From positions 98 through 64,097 of the forward strand of contig JAJRSF010000045.1 in the NCBI GenBank assembly GCA_024278935.1: a DNA stretch of 64,000 nucleotides, in the 5' to 3' direction. Shown piece after piece: positions 1 through 9,817 of this stretch. The stretch is from Candidatus Zixiibacteriota bacterium (GTDB lineage Bacteria; Zixibacteria; MSB-5A5; GN15; FEB-12). Made by a program: the position numbers and the translations under genes. The notes beneath the pieces were generated by a model. That model saw only the letters and a list, made by a program, of their open reading frames with translations. It made no database searches and was not told the DNA's origin. How positions within the stretch are numbered: position 1 is the first letter of the stretch; each line of letters starts with the position of its first letter.

Positions 1-810
1 TTCGCTGATAGCACCGTTCTCATGCCATGAAATAAATTCTCCAACCTTGTTACCGTTTTCATAGTTCTCTTTAGACTTTAAATTTCCATTCTCATACCAT
101 GTTGTCCAAGTACGATCTCTATGATTGTTCAGATAAAACCCATAAATACTTTGTTGCCCATGGTCAAACCATGATTGCGTAGCCCCTTTTGCTCTGCCAC
201 TGTCATACGACATAATATGAATCAGGTCGCCGTCGTTATTCCATTTTTTTAAGATACCATGCTTAACTAATAAACCATGTTCGTTGTAGATTTCTGTCCA
301 AAGTGTTTTTATAAAGCTACAATCTTCAATAGATTCTTTCTGAACAGTTCCGCCACACAAATTATCTGCCTCGGTTACATCTGTAATGATTGGATATTCA
401 TCAGAAGAGTTGAGATCGTAAAAATTATTTGTACTATCAATCTTCAGATAATAATTTGTCGTGCCATGAGGAGATTCTTCATACAGTCGAATATCATCAA
501 ATGTTAAAATCAGAATGTTAGTATCAGAGATTTGTTTGTGTGGTTTGCCGAACTCCTGCAAATATCTTTTTAATTTAATATGCAGAGTGCTATCAAGTGA
601 AATTTTTGATAATATAAACAGATCATTTTCAAAAGAATCCCCTTCTCGCAGTTCAATTATGTACGTCCGCATATCGGTGCATTTCATCCGCCTGGAACTC
701 AGTTCTTCTATTTTAAGATGAATCTTCACCGTAGTCGGTTTTTCTTTGCAGGATAAAACAGCTATAGAAAGCAGAATGCATATGATGATCGAAATGTTTT
801 TTATATTCAT
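1..810 (-). CDS. Probable lipoprotein with MORN-variant (YwqK-like) repeats; 3' end cut by the window edge
   Basis: It is absent from the ORF track because it runs off the window. The reverse-strand ATG at 810-808 gives MNIKNISIIICILLSIAVLSCKEK (signal peptide plus lipobox-like Cys). The distal part has repeated W..W..NG......Y.NG...G motifs (TWYENGNLKSKENYENGNKVGEFISWHENG). Confidence 0.6.
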   Translation of the reverse strand, partial: MNIKNISIIICILLSIAVLSCKEKPTTVKIHLKIEELSSRRMKCTDMRTYIIELREGDSFENDLFILSKISLDSTLHIKLKRYLQEFGKPHKQISDTNILILTFDDIRLYEESPHGTTNYYLKIDSTNNFYDLNSSDEYPIITDVTEADNLCGGTVQKESIEDCSFIKTLWTEIYNEHGLLVKHGILKKWNNDGDLIHIMSYDSGRAKGATQSWFDHGQQSIYGFYLNNHRDRTWTTWYENGNLKSKENYENGNKVGEFISWHENGAISE

Positions 811-1309
811 GACAGTTCCCCGAGTATATTTCTTATATACTTATATATACAATATAGACTTAAGAAGAAACCTTTTTGTTTAAAAGAATCCCGTACACAA
901 AAACCTACAGCTTTGGCGTATTTGCTCAGCCTTGCATCTTATACAGAGAACCTTAACGAAAGAGAAAAAAAATGCGTACCAAAATCACTACAGTTTATAA
1001 TAACCAAAATGGCTTTAAGCCATTTTACCAAGTAAAGCCATTTCGTCCTAACAGGCTAAGCCTGTTTTGTTTATAGCGAAATATGAGTGAAAAATATGCC
1101 TTATAACAACTTTTTTATATTAAAAACGAACCCATTTTGGAATTAAATAAAACAACCTTAAGGCTGTGTTTTCTATAATTAATTTCCCCTCTTTTAAGAG
1201 GGGATAAAGGGGTGTGTATTTATTTTAGCAACTTTTTCCACTACCCAATGTTCTAATTTGTAGTACATTAAAACAAAGAAAAATAATATTTAACATAAAG
1301 GCTCTAAAA

Positions 1310-2245
1310 ATGTCAGAACATAAAGCACCTAAAGATATCAAAGAAAAAATCAAAGACCATTACGCCAAAGCTATCAATATGAAAGTAGAAAAAGTTACAG
1401 GCTCACTTCCAATGGTTTCTTCAGATGATTGCTGCTCTCCAGCAAATAATAAAGAGGAGTCTTCAGACTCCTGCTGCGCTCCGCAACCTGTCGAATTTGA
1501 CAAAGAGGCTGCCGAACGGTTTGCGAAAATGGCAGGCTACACCGACGAACAACTTCAAAATATGCCGGGAACGGTTTCATCGTTTGGATGTGGCAACCCG
1601 GTCGCATTTATGAAAGTCAAGCCGGGCGAAGTTGTCCTAGACCTTGGTTCAGGCTCGGGGCTTGATCTGATATTAGCTGCCAAAAAAGTTGGCGACACCG
1701 GAAAAGCTATCGGGCTAGACATGACCGATGCAATGATCGATGTCTGCCGTAAAAATTTAGTCACCGCAAAAATCACAAACGCCGAAGTACGCAAAGGCGA
1801 AATGGAATCGATGCCGGTTGTTGATTCTGAAGTCGACTGGATAATTTCAAACTGTGTTATCAATCTCTCGCCTGACAAAGAAAAAGTTTTCGCCGAATCT
1901 TTCCGAGTTCTCAAACCGGGTGGACAAGTAATGGTGTCAGACATTGTAACAATCGGACTCCCCGATGAATTCCGTTCAGACATTGGTGCCTGGGTCGGAT
2001 GTATTGCGGGAGCTGTTGAAGAAGATGAGTATATCAGACTGATGGAAGAAGCGGGTTTTACCGATGTAAAAGTCACCGAAAAATTAGTCTACGACTCATC
2101 GTCACTTGCTGCTATGGCAAATGATAACTGCGGATGCGGTACCGATGGTGACCGAACATTTTCTCTCAAAGATGCCGACAACTATGCCGGTAAAGTAGCG
2201 ACTGTGCGAGTCTACGCAACAAAACCGGGCGGATGCTGCTGCTAA
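1310..2245 (+). CDS. arsM: Arsenite S-adenosylmethionine methyltransferase
   Basis: 311 aa with the class I SAM-binding motif VLDLGSGSGLD. The three ArsM catalytic cysteines sit in their conserved contexts (FGCGNP, ISNCVINL, WVGCIAG). Vicinal Cys pairs occur at the N terminus and CCC at the C terminus. Confidence 0.85.
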   Translation: MSEHKAPKDIKEKIKDHYAKAINMKVEKVTGSLPMVSSDDCCSPANNKEESSDSCCAPQPVEFDKEAAERFAKMAGYTDEQLQNMPGTVSSFGCGNPVAFMKVKPGEVVLDLGSGSGLDLILAAKKVGDTGKAIGLDMTDAMIDVCRKNLVTAKITNAEVRKGEMESMPVVDSEVDWIISNCVINLSPDKEKVFAESFRVLKPGGQVMVSDIVTIGLPDEFRSDIGAWVGCIAGAVEEDEYIRLMEEAGFTDVKVTEKLVYDSSSLAAMANDNCGCGTDGDRTFSLKDADNYAGKVATVRVYATKPGGCCC

Positions 2246-2324
2246 AATTATTTGTAGGTCGTGGTTCCGATTCTAAAATAATATAATTGTGAGAAACCCG
2301 ACAATGTCAATTCAGTAAAAAAAT

Positions 2325-2360
2325 ACAAAAAGGTCGTACAAAATTTGTACGACCTTTTCG
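2325..2360. terminator. Bidirectional rho-independent terminator between convergent genes
   Basis: Hairpin GGTCGTACA-AAATT-TGTACGACC (2332-2354), flanked by an A-run and TTTT. Confidence 0.7.
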
Positions 2361-2423
2361 GTAATGATCACAGGAGGGAAATCAAAAATTCTGCGATGTC
2401 AGGAATGCATTCCTGATGAAATT

Positions 2424-2957
2424 TTATTTTATAAACCGAACTTGCCCTGCGTTCTCTTGTCTGTCAGAGTCATCACCAGCGATTTCAATTTTGTTTTGAT
2501 CGATTTCTCTTTTCAAAATTTGCAAATAATCCGCAAGCAAACGATAAGAGTAAGCAAATGTTTTGGATTTCTTCAGTGAATTAAAAAGTAATTTCTTTGC
2601 CCGAAAAACTGATACATCATTTTTTAAATTATGTTTGTCATCAATCTTTTCATTCTTATCTGCTGTTTTGTCAACATAAGATGCGTTTAGTTTTGCATAT
2701 GAAATTGCTTGATGATTATCTTTTATATCTTCGGTGATGATTGCAAACATCATCTGTTTGTGTTCAGAAACCGATTTGGAGTTTCCTTTTAACGTAGCAT
2801 CGTGCCAAAAATCAATCGCTAATGAGAGATTATTATAGGCGACAATTGCGTTGTTAATCTGTTTTTTTGCTGGCTTATTTTTCTGATTTGAATCAGCTGT
2901 TGCAAATGATGTAAAAAGAAAAAGCAGGCAAAAAGTTGTGAGTAAGAATTTTTTCAT
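2424..2957 (-). CDS. Secreted hypothetical protein
   Basis: 177 aa with an N-terminal signal peptide (MKKFLLTTFCLLFLFTSFATA). The rest is Lys/Asp-rich and probably helical, with no recognisable motif. Confidence 0.55.
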   Translation of the reverse strand: MKKFLLTTFCLLFLFTSFATADSNQKNKPAKKQINNAIVAYNNLSLAIDFWHDATLKGNSKSVSEHKQMMFAIITEDIKDNHQAISYAKLNASYVDKTADKNEKIDDKHNLKNDVSVFRAKKLLFNSLKKSKTFAYSYRLLADYLQILKREIDQNKIEIAGDDSDRQENAGQVRFIK

Positions 2958-3134
2958 AAAATCTGTTCTCCTGTTGTTGTTTTATTGTTTCAATAACAAA
3001 AATTGTGCCATACAGGTAAGTTGTTGCGGGAGAACAAAAAGATGGTTGGTTTGGGAATAAAAAAGAGGAATTTTCCAAACAGGCTATGGGAAAATTCCTA
3101 TACTTTTTAAGTTCTTAATATTTTGCAATTTGAA

Positions 3135-4085
3135 CTATTTTTTCGATTTTTTTGTATACTCGTATCTTAAAACATCAAGCATGCGAAGACCGTAGGCAGA
3201 ATCTTGAGCAAATAATTCTTTTAAGATTATGTCACCGTTTTTTGTATCACCGAAGAGCGAGTAAGAGGCACCTAAAGAGATTTTGGCATTTACAAAAGTG
3301 TCATCAATCTCTAGGACTCTTTTGTATTGATTGATAGCCTCTTGATATTTGCTTTGCATCGAATATAAAACGCCTAAAGACATAACAGCATTCAGATCAG
3401 ATTTATTCTGTTCTAAGATTTTTAAAAAGAAAGATTCGGACTCATCATATTTTTTCAGATTTCTTTTTATCGTTCCCATGAAATAGTAAAGCTCTGTACT
3501 TTTTTCACCGAGCGTTATACATTTTTCATAGTAGGATTCGGCGCTAGCGTAATTTTTTGCCAAGGCATAGGCATTGCCTAAATTAAAAAGGGTGACAACT
3601 TGGTTTGGGGCAATACTGTCAGAACGATGTAAATATTGTAACGCATTACCGGTCTGGTTTTTTTTGGTAAATTCTTGTCCAAGGTTGGTTAGGTAGACTG
3701 GTTTTTTTGGGTTCAAAGCGAGGGCTTGTTCATAAAATGAAATCGCTTTATCAACCTTGCCTTCACCTGAATAAATAACACCTAAGTTGTTACAAAGGTC
3801 GTCATCAGATTTATTCATTTTATAGGCACGTTCAAAAAACTCTTTTGCTTTTAACTGATCGCCGGTTGCAGAATAAATAATTCCGAGTGATTTGATTGCA
3901 TTAAAATTTTCTTTATCAAATCGTAAGACATTATTATAATTTTCTTCTGCTTTTTCATATTTTGTGTCATACAAAGCCTTGCCGGCTATTTGTGCATAAA
4001 CATGGGCGGAGTCATAAGTTTGTGCTGATATTGCAACATGAGTAAAAATTATCGCAAACATTAAAATAACTGTTATTTTTTTCAT
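3135..4085 (-). CDS. Secreted tetratricopeptide (TPR) repeat protein
   Basis: 316 aa with a signal peptide, followed by about 8 tandem 34-residue units of the pattern A...Y..AL.L.P....A...LG..Y. Confidence 0.8.
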   Translation of the reverse strand: MKKITVILMFAIIFTHVAISAQTYDSAHVYAQIAGKALYDTKYEKAEENYNNVLRFDKENFNAIKSLGIIYSATGDQLKAKEFFERAYKMNKSDDDLCNNLGVIYSGEGKVDKAISFYEQALALNPKKPVYLTNLGQEFTKKNQTGNALQYLHRSDSIAPNQVVTLFNLGNAYALAKNYASAESYYEKCITLGEKSTELYYFMGTIKRNLKKYDESESFFLKILEQNKSDLNAVMSLGVLYSMQSKYQEAINQYKRVLEIDDTFVNAKISLGASYSLFGDTKNGDIILKELFAQDSAYGLRMLDVLRYEYTKKSKK

Positions 4086-4170
4086 ATCTCTTCTATCGTC
4101 TAAAATTCTAATTAGTATAGTTATTTGAACCTGTTCATTATACTAATTATTTACGATATATATGCAAGTC

Positions 4171-4722
4171 TTAATATGAAAACTTTTCCGGTAGTAAATC
4201 ATAGATATGCCAAACCGAGCAGAATTCATCGCCGGGACCAAACGATTCTTGTGCTAAAAGTTCAATTGTACCATCTGAATTTTTTCTTAAAGTAGAAACT
4301 CCCGGCCAGAGAGAATTGCCGTCTGATATGAATCCGAGCTCTTTGTTAAAAGAATTATCTTTGGCGGAGTAGATAGGGTATGTCCAATTTTGTTTTTGAG
4401 CAAATGCATTTTGTTTCTCAATCGGGTCGTGGTTTATCAGAACAAATCCGGATTTGTCGTCGAAGTGTTTATAGACACCCTCAAAACCATTTGCCCACAT
4501 AGTACAGAATTTACAAGACTGTCCCATATTGTGGATAACGACTAAGAATTTATGAGAGCCGAACATGTCGGATAAGTTTGTTGTACTGTTTTCTTTGTTT
4601 AAAAATTGATAGTCAGAAATTTGTTTTGGTTGTAGTTCAGATTTTAATTGAGTTAGCTGACTTTTTTGTTCGGCGATTTTTTGACTTAATTGTTGAATCT
4701 TGTCGTTGGACATGATAGGCAT
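4171..4722 (-). CDS. DUF899-like thioredoxin-fold protein
   Basis: 183 aa with an N-terminal coiled segment followed by FLVVIHNMGQSCKFCTMWANGF (CxxC). This matches my recollection of the DUF899 layout. Confidence 0.55.
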   Translation of the reverse strand: MPIMSNDKIQQLSQKIAEQKSQLTQLKSELQPKQISDYQFLNKENSTTNLSDMFGSHKFLVVIHNMGQSCKFCTMWANGFEGVYKHFDDKSGFVLINHDPIEKQNAFAQKQNWTYPIYSAKDNSFNKELGFISDGNSLWPGVSTLRKNSDGTIELLAQESFGPGDEFCSVWHIYDLLPEKFSY

Positions 4723-4780
4723 AATTATCTCCTGATTTTATTTATACTTTTATACGGAAGTTTCTCGCAATAAGTACATA

Positions 4781-4807
4781 AAAAAAACGACCTGTCGCCA
4801 CAGGCCG
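4781..4807 (-). terminator. Rho-independent terminator of rex
   Basis: On the minus strand, hairpin CGGCCTGT-GGCG-ACAGGTCG is followed by a T-run. Confidence 0.6.
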
Positions 4808-4885
4808 TTTTATCAAAGATGACGATCAAAAAAGAGGTTATAATTCATCCATAAATTATAACATGGTTACTTTATCATAGCATTG

Positions 4886-5548
4886 CTATTTTGAATTTTT
4901 TGGTGTATGATTATTTACAATAGCAAATGATAAATATTCAAGTTCCATCGACATATTTTCATTACGGAGATAGACATTAGGCGGAACTTTTAAATTGATC
5001 GGAGCAAAGTTCAAAATTGCTTTGACCCCCGCACGGACAACATCGTCGACCATATACTGAGCGACAGTCGCCGGTACAGTGATGATGACCATTTCGATAC
5101 CATCTTCGGCGATTTCTTTGTCAAGGTTTTTTATGTCTGAGACAATGATACCTTTATGGTTGGAGCCGATTTTTCTTTGGTCGTTATCAAATAGTTTGAC
5201 GATAGAAAAACCTTGGCGGGAGAACTCTTTATAGTTGACCAACGCCGAACCAATATTACCGATTCCGATAATAGCAAGTTTCCACTGGCGGTCGATTCCG
5301 AGAATCTCGCCAATTTTCGCTTTGAGTTCGTTGACGTCATACCCGAGTCCTCTGGTACCAAATGAACCAAAGAAAGAAAGATCTTTGCGGACTTGGGCGG
5401 GAGTTAGTTTTTCGCGGTTAGCCAATTCTTTTGAGGAAACCGTTTCGTACCCTTCTTTTTGCAGTAAGGATAAAGTTCTATAATACATAGAAAGTCTATG
5501 GATTGTGGATTCGGAAATTCTCTTTTTAGCTGGCTGTTCAGATGACAT
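4886..5548 (-). CDS. rex: Redox-sensing transcriptional repressor Rex
   Basis: 220 aa. It has an N-terminal wHTH (TIHRLSMYYRTL...VSSKELA...AQVRKDLSFFGSFGTRGLGYDV) followed by a Rossmann motif (LAIIGIGNIGSAL). Confidence 0.9.
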   Translation of the reverse strand: MSSEQPAKKRISESTIHRLSMYYRTLSLLQKEGYETVSSKELANREKLTPAQVRKDLSFFGSFGTRGLGYDVNELKAKIGEILGIDRQWKLAIIGIGNIGSALVNYKEFSRQGFSIVKLFDNDQRKIGSNHKGIIVSDIKNLDKEIAEDGIEMVIITVPATVAQYMVDDVVRAGVKAILNFAPINLKVPPNVYLRNENMSMELEYLSFAIVNNHTPKNSK

Positions 5549-5600
5549 AATTATAGTAACTCCTATTAATTCAAACGATAAAACGGCATAATAATTTTCA

Positions 5601-5616
5601 TGTGAAATGGTTCACA
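5601..5616. promoter_or_regulatory. Rex operator (ROP box) upstream of rex
   Basis: TGTGAAATGGTTCACA is a perfect TGTGAA-N4-TTCACA inverted repeat, the published Rex operator consensus. It lies about 50 bp upstream of the rex start codon. Confidence 0.7.
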
Positions 5617-5758
5617 AGAAATTATATCTTTTTTGAGTTGTTTTGTCAAGTGAATTATTATTTTAAAAGTATAACAAAGATGTGATTCTGTTGTTATTCA
5701 GTAACTTACGCTCTATTGAAATACGATAAAAAGGGTTTAGATTTGCTAATTTAGTGAA

Positions 5759-6949
5759 TTATAGTACAATTTCACGGTATATTTCGCCTGAGAGGCGAGC
5801 GAGAATTTCGTAATTGATTGTGTCTGCCCAATCGGCAATTTTATTTGCCGAGATCAGTTCTTTTTTTTCTTGTCCAAGCAAGGTAGCTTCGTTTTCCAAA
5901 GTGACTTTTGGAATATCGGTAATATCTGCCATCATCAAATTCATACAGACCCGACCCCGAATCGGAGCCCGTTTGCCATTTATCAGAATATAGCTTTTGT
6001 TTGATAAAGCACGGTCGTAACCGTCGTAGTAACCGACCGGGATAATAGCGATTTTTGATTTTGCGGTCGTTTGGTAAGTACAGCCGTAGCTGATGAACGC
6101 ATCGGCATCGACTTTTTTAATCTGTGTCACTCTGGATTTCCATGTTAAGACAGGTTCAAAAAGTTCGTTCACGCCACCGTCGAGTTTGTGGGAAAGATAG
6201 GTTTCCTTTGATGGCCAATAACCATAGACCGAAATTCCGGGGCGTACCATTTCAAAATGTGTTTTGCCAAAAAGAATAGTAGCTGCCGATGATGCCGTGT
6301 GACGGATCTTTGGTTTAATTTTGTGAACGGTCATGACTTTGATAAGTTTTTGAAATTGTTCAAGCTGATATTCGGCGTAGTCATGATTAGTTGTGTCTTC
6401 GATATTTGCAAAATGGGTAGAGGCACCATACGGTTTTCCGAGTGATTTATATTTTTTATAAACAGTCGCAAATTTTTCAATATCTTTTTCAATGACACCC
6501 TGACGGTTAGTGCCAGTTTCAAGCTTAAGATGGGTTCTGACTTTGCGGTTGAATTTGTCGGCACGTTTGCCAATGTTATCTAAAAATTTTGTGTTGAAAA
6601 CAACCGGCTCGATATCGAATTCTAAGACTGCATCGGTGTCGCATAGTTCTACCGGTCCGAGAAGCATTATCTGCTTACGCCATCCGGCACGACGGCATTT
6701 GATTGCCTCACGCATTGAGTGGACAGTCAGGTAGTTGACCTGTTCGTTCTCCAGAAGCATATTGACTGTTTCGGTGATGCCATGACCATAGGCGTTTGCT
6801 TTTACACAAACGGCAAAAAGTTTGCCCAGGGCAAACGATGTGAGCGACTGGATATTTTTGTCTATCGCTTTTTGCGACAACTCAATCCACTGAAGTTTTC
6901 TTGCTGGTGGCATTGTATTATGTATACACATGATGAGAGGAAAAGACAA
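5759..6949 (-). CDS. alr: Alanine racemase
   Basis: 396 aa with the PLP-lysine motif VKANAYGHG and a C-terminal SYG..Y region. The true start may be an internal Met (MPPARK...). Confidence 0.85.
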   Translation of the reverse strand: MSFPLIMCIHNTMPPARKLQWIELSQKAIDKNIQSLTSFALGKLFAVCVKANAYGHGITETVNMLLENEQVNYLTVHSMREAIKCRRAGWRKQIMLLGPVELCDTDAVLEFDIEPVVFNTKFLDNIGKRADKFNRKVRTHLKLETGTNRQGVIEKDIEKFATVYKKYKSLGKPYGASTHFANIEDTTNHDYAEYQLEQFQKLIKVMTVHKIKPKIRHTASSAATILFGKTHFEMVRPGISVYGYWPSKETYLSHKLDGGVNELFEPVLTWKSRVTQIKKVDADAFISYGCTYQTTAKSKIAIIPVGYYDGYDRALSNKSYILINGKRAPIRGRVCMNLMMADITDIPKVTLENEATLLGQEKKELISANKIADWADTINYEILARLSGEIYREIVL

Positions 6950-6956
6950 ATAAAAA

Positions 6957-7112
6957 CAGGCTATGCCTGATTTATTAATATTGAATGAATTTACAAAACT
7001 TACTATAATAAATATCTAAAAAACAATAGTCTACGTTGATAGTCTTCAGGCTATGCCTGATTTATTAATATTGAATGAGTTTAGCAAAATTTACTATAGT
7101 CAATGTCTAAAA
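6957..7112. repeat. Direct duplication (two ~66-bp copies, 90-bp period) upstream of alr
   Basis: CAGGCTATGCCTGATTTATTAATATTGAATGA(A/G)TTTA...TCTAAAAA occurs at 6957-7022 and 7047-7112 with a few mismatches. Each copy starts with the hairpin CAGGC-TAT-GCCTG. Confidence 0.8.
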
Positions 7113-7194
7113 ATATTTCATCGCCGTCTATAAAAGCACGCAACCGTTCGATAATCGAAGATTGTTTTTCATCGAGCTGTTCTCCTAAGTTAAT

Positions 7195-7221
7195 AAAAAA
7201 CCCCGTGAACGGGGTCTTTTG
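7195..7221. terminator. Rho-independent terminator downstream of the ferritin-like gene
   Basis: Hairpin CCCCG-TGAA-CGGGG (7201-7214), flanked by an A-run and TCTTTT. Confidence 0.65.
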
Positions 7222-7253
7222 CATAGATTGAAATTTATAATTAAGAAAGTAAC

Positions 7254-7745
7254 TTATTTGACGTGTAGCTTTTTACGCATATCGTCAATAAGTATCATGT
7301 GACCTTGTTCTAATTTAGAAAGTTCGGTGAAGATTTTTTTGCCTTCATCGGTGTCGCATTTATCAATGGCACCATGAAACAGATCGTATGCTTCTTCTTC
7401 AAGGCGATAGGCGATGTCCAAAATTGTGTCCATAGATGCAGCTTTGGCGACTTCATCCATTAAGACCTGATGTTCATTAGTCATATCTTCAGAAATTTCA
7501 GGGAGACCTTCCGCTTTTAAAATATCTGAAGTGGAAATCCATTTTTCGGTTCTGATTAAAGAATCATATTGTCTTTCCAAAATATGAAAATGATCTTTTT
7601 CTTCGAGGGCTAATTCTGTTAAAATTTCTTTTTGTTCGTCATTATTGGCTTTTTTGGCAGCTTCAATATAAAAAACATACGAGGCAACTTCGGCTTGAAT
7701 ACCGGTTGAAAGAGCCATGAGAGTATCTGGATGGACAGGTGACAT
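7254..7745 (-). CDS. Ferritin-like / rubrerythrin-family di-iron protein
   Basis: 163 aa with two E...ExxH pairs (EVASYV...LEEKDHF and LEEEAY...LEQGHM), typical of a four-helix di-iron site. Confidence 0.65.
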   Translation of the reverse strand: MSPVHPDTLMALSTGIQAEVASYVFYIEAAKKANNDEQKEILTELALEEKDHFHILERQYDSLIRTEKWISTSDILKAEGLPEISEDMTNEHQVLMDEVAKAASMDTILDIAYRLEEEAYDLFHGAIDKCDTDEGKKIFTELSKLEQGHMILIDDMRKKLHVK

Positions 7746-7921
7746 ATTCTTATATCCTTATAATTTTAAAATATTTAACTTCTTTTCACTAAGTTATAAA
7801 ATTCACAAGGTTTGTCAAGTATCAAACAATCAGTTGGAAGCCTTGATTGTCTCGCTTTAGAAAATCTGCCATCGGTCGATATATAATGTAGTTTCGAAAC
7901 TAAACAATTGAGGATTACAAA

Positions 7922-9046
7922 ATGGGATTTTCCAGCTTTTTTAATCAGATAGCGAATAATTTCCGTGACCATTATCAGCAAATGACCAACTCGGTCAGCA
8001 CAGGTCGTACGCCAAATCATTATTATACCGATACCGCCAAAGATTCAGTTCCACAGGAACAACTTCCATCCGACTCCTATTTGCCATCATCGGAAACAGA
8101 AAAACCGACAACAAGCAGTGATCCAAATAAACCGTCGACCGATAATCCGACTTACGCAAACCCAACAGAACCGAATGAAGAAAATCTTCCGAGTGGTGCC
8201 GAGTCAGGAGAAGTCGGTTATATCAGCCGTCGCACAACACTCGACTATAAAATGATGTTGCAATTTGATTTACATGCTATCCAGGGTGTTGCCGAGTCGA
8301 TTGCTAATGGTGATACAGCAGAGATAACCGAATTTGCCGCCGGTGGGGTTGGACTGCGGGCAGCATTTGATATTAAAAGCAAAGAGATTATTGAAACCAA
8401 TATGGCTGAAAATGTTGATGGGCATTCTATCACAAAATCCAAGTTTAAAGGAAGTTCTCGTCAGGCGGGTGCATTTGGTGCTCAATCTCGGAACTTTGAT
8501 GTACGCTCATTCTATGATGAATCTACCAAAATTAGTAAGTCGATGAAAACTGAAGAAGCTGGCGGTTACCGTCGTTCGGTCAATAAATTTGCACTTCGCT
8601 ATCGTATGGATTCAAAATTTAATTTCTCATTCATGAATAAATTCAACGTACAGACTAAACAGATGTCGGAAACCGATCCAAGTAATTTAGAAAGCTATGT
8701 AAAGTCTGCCGGGAATGTTGCTGAATCAGGAACCAATGAAATGATGTCGACTTTCTTTGATACTGTTGATAGCTATTTAGGTGCTGCCGAGTCTGACATG
8801 CTTGCCAAAGCAGAAGAGTTTTTCACTATGGCAGTTGAAGAACTTGGTTTTGCCGAGGAAACAGTTGCTTTTGTAAAAGATCAGCTGGTTAATTCTATTG
8901 AGTCATTCTTTGGACGAGTTGATGATGCCGTGTCGATGATTGCTTCGAAGTTCGTTGCACCAACTCCTGAAGTTGCCGAGTTACCTGTTATCCAACCGGA
9001 GATTCCTCCAAACAATAATGACTTAGCAGAGATTGCTACTGTATAA
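7922..9046 (+). CDS. Hypothetical protein (no signal peptide; Pro/Thr/Ser-rich N-terminal linker)
   Basis: It is a 374-aa ORF with protein-like composition and no competing ORF. I recognise no motif. Confidence 0.5.
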   Translation: MGFSSFFNQIANNFRDHYQQMTNSVSTGRTPNHYYTDTAKDSVPQEQLPSDSYLPSSETEKPTTSSDPNKPSTDNPTYANPTEPNEENLPSGAESGEVGYISRRTTLDYKMMLQFDLHAIQGVAESIANGDTAEITEFAAGGVGLRAAFDIKSKEIIETNMAENVDGHSITKSKFKGSSRQAGAFGAQSRNFDVRSFYDESTKISKSMKTEEAGGYRRSVNKFALRYRMDSKFNFSFMNKFNVQTKQMSETDPSNLESYVKSAGNVAESGTNEMMSTFFDTVDSYLGAAESDMLAKAEEFFTMAVEELGFAEETVAFVKDQLVNSIESFFGRVDDAVSMIASKFVAPTPEVAELPVIQPEIPPNNNDLAEIATV

Positions 9047-9107
9047 GTAATAAATTTTCACAATTGTCTTGCTTCTTTTTATAGTTTCATGTTTTATTGT
9101 GAGAAGA

Positions 9108-9800
9108 ATGAAAGATCGATTTGCGAAAAATTTAATGGAATTAAACGGTCAGATTGCACAAGCGTGCGAAGAGTGTGACCGTGATGCCGACGATATAACA
9201 GTAATAGCTGTTACCAAAACATTTCCTGCAACAGCAATTAGTATAGCGGTTGCATCGGGTGTTTTTAATATCGGCGAAAGCCGTCTGCAAGATGCTGAAC
9301 CAAAAATTGTAGAGCTTGGGCAAATCGCCCGTTATCATATGATAGGTCATCTCCAAACTAACAAAGTAAAAAAAGCGGTAGAGCTTTTTGACTGTATTCA
9401 GTCGGTAGATTCGCTTAAACTTGCAAAAGAAATTTCAAAACGTGCCGTTGAAGCCGGACGTACGATTGAATGTTTTGTCGAAGTGAACTCATCGGAAGAA
9501 CCTCAAAAAAATGGCGTCGCTCTTGATGAAACTCTCGACTTTATCAAACAGATATACCAACTTCCTAATCTAAAACTGACAGGTCTGATGACAATTGGTC
9601 CGCATACCATAGACGAAAATAAAATTCGGGCAGCATTTCATAAATGTCATCATCTTTTTAAAGAGGGAAAACAAATCGTTGGCAACGGATTTACACATCT
9701 TTCAATGGGGATGAGTTCAGATTTCAAAATTGCAATTCAAGAAGGTTCTACCATGATTCGGGTCGGCACCGGACTCTTTGGCTCAAGAGATAAAACGTAA
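9108..9800 (+). CDS. yggS: YggS-family pyridoxal-phosphate homeostasis protein
   Basis: Motifs VTKTFP (PLP Lys), GESRLQDA and IGHLQTNKVK. The start is placed at MKDRFAKN rather than the longer ORF start at 9069. Confidence 0.85.
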   Translation: MKDRFAKNLMELNGQIAQACEECDRDADDITVIAVTKTFPATAISIAVASGVFNIGESRLQDAEPKIVELGQIARYHMIGHLQTNKVKKAVELFDCIQSVDSLKLAKEISKRAVEAGRTIECFVEVNSSEEPQKNGVALDETLDFIKQIYQLPNLKLTGLMTIGPHTIDENKIRAAFHKCHHLFKEGKQIVGNGFTHLSMGMSSDFKIAIQEGSTMIRVGTGLFGSRDKT

Positions 9801-9817
9801 TAAATATTTGTATTTTA

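Noticed and set aside
1555-2076. Long ORFs antisense to or overlapping confident genes. Examples are 1555-2076, 10192-10572, 13746-14315, 27748-28305, 36798-37343, 53671-53919 and 61451-62002.
   Set aside because: Each lies entirely inside a gene with strong family motifs on the other strand. They have odd, low-complexity composition and no motifs, so they are shadow ORFs.
7792-7807. A possible second Rex box upstream of the ferritin-like gene (AGTTATAAAATTCACA).
   Set aside because: Only the right half-site matches. The left half matches 3 of 6 positions.
7856-7882. A sigma-28-like -10 box (GTCGATAT at 7875-7882) upstream of the 374-aa hypothetical gene.
   Set aside because: No TAAA lies at 14-16 nt upstream (the region reads TTTAGAAAA with the wrong spacing), so it is only half a promoter.
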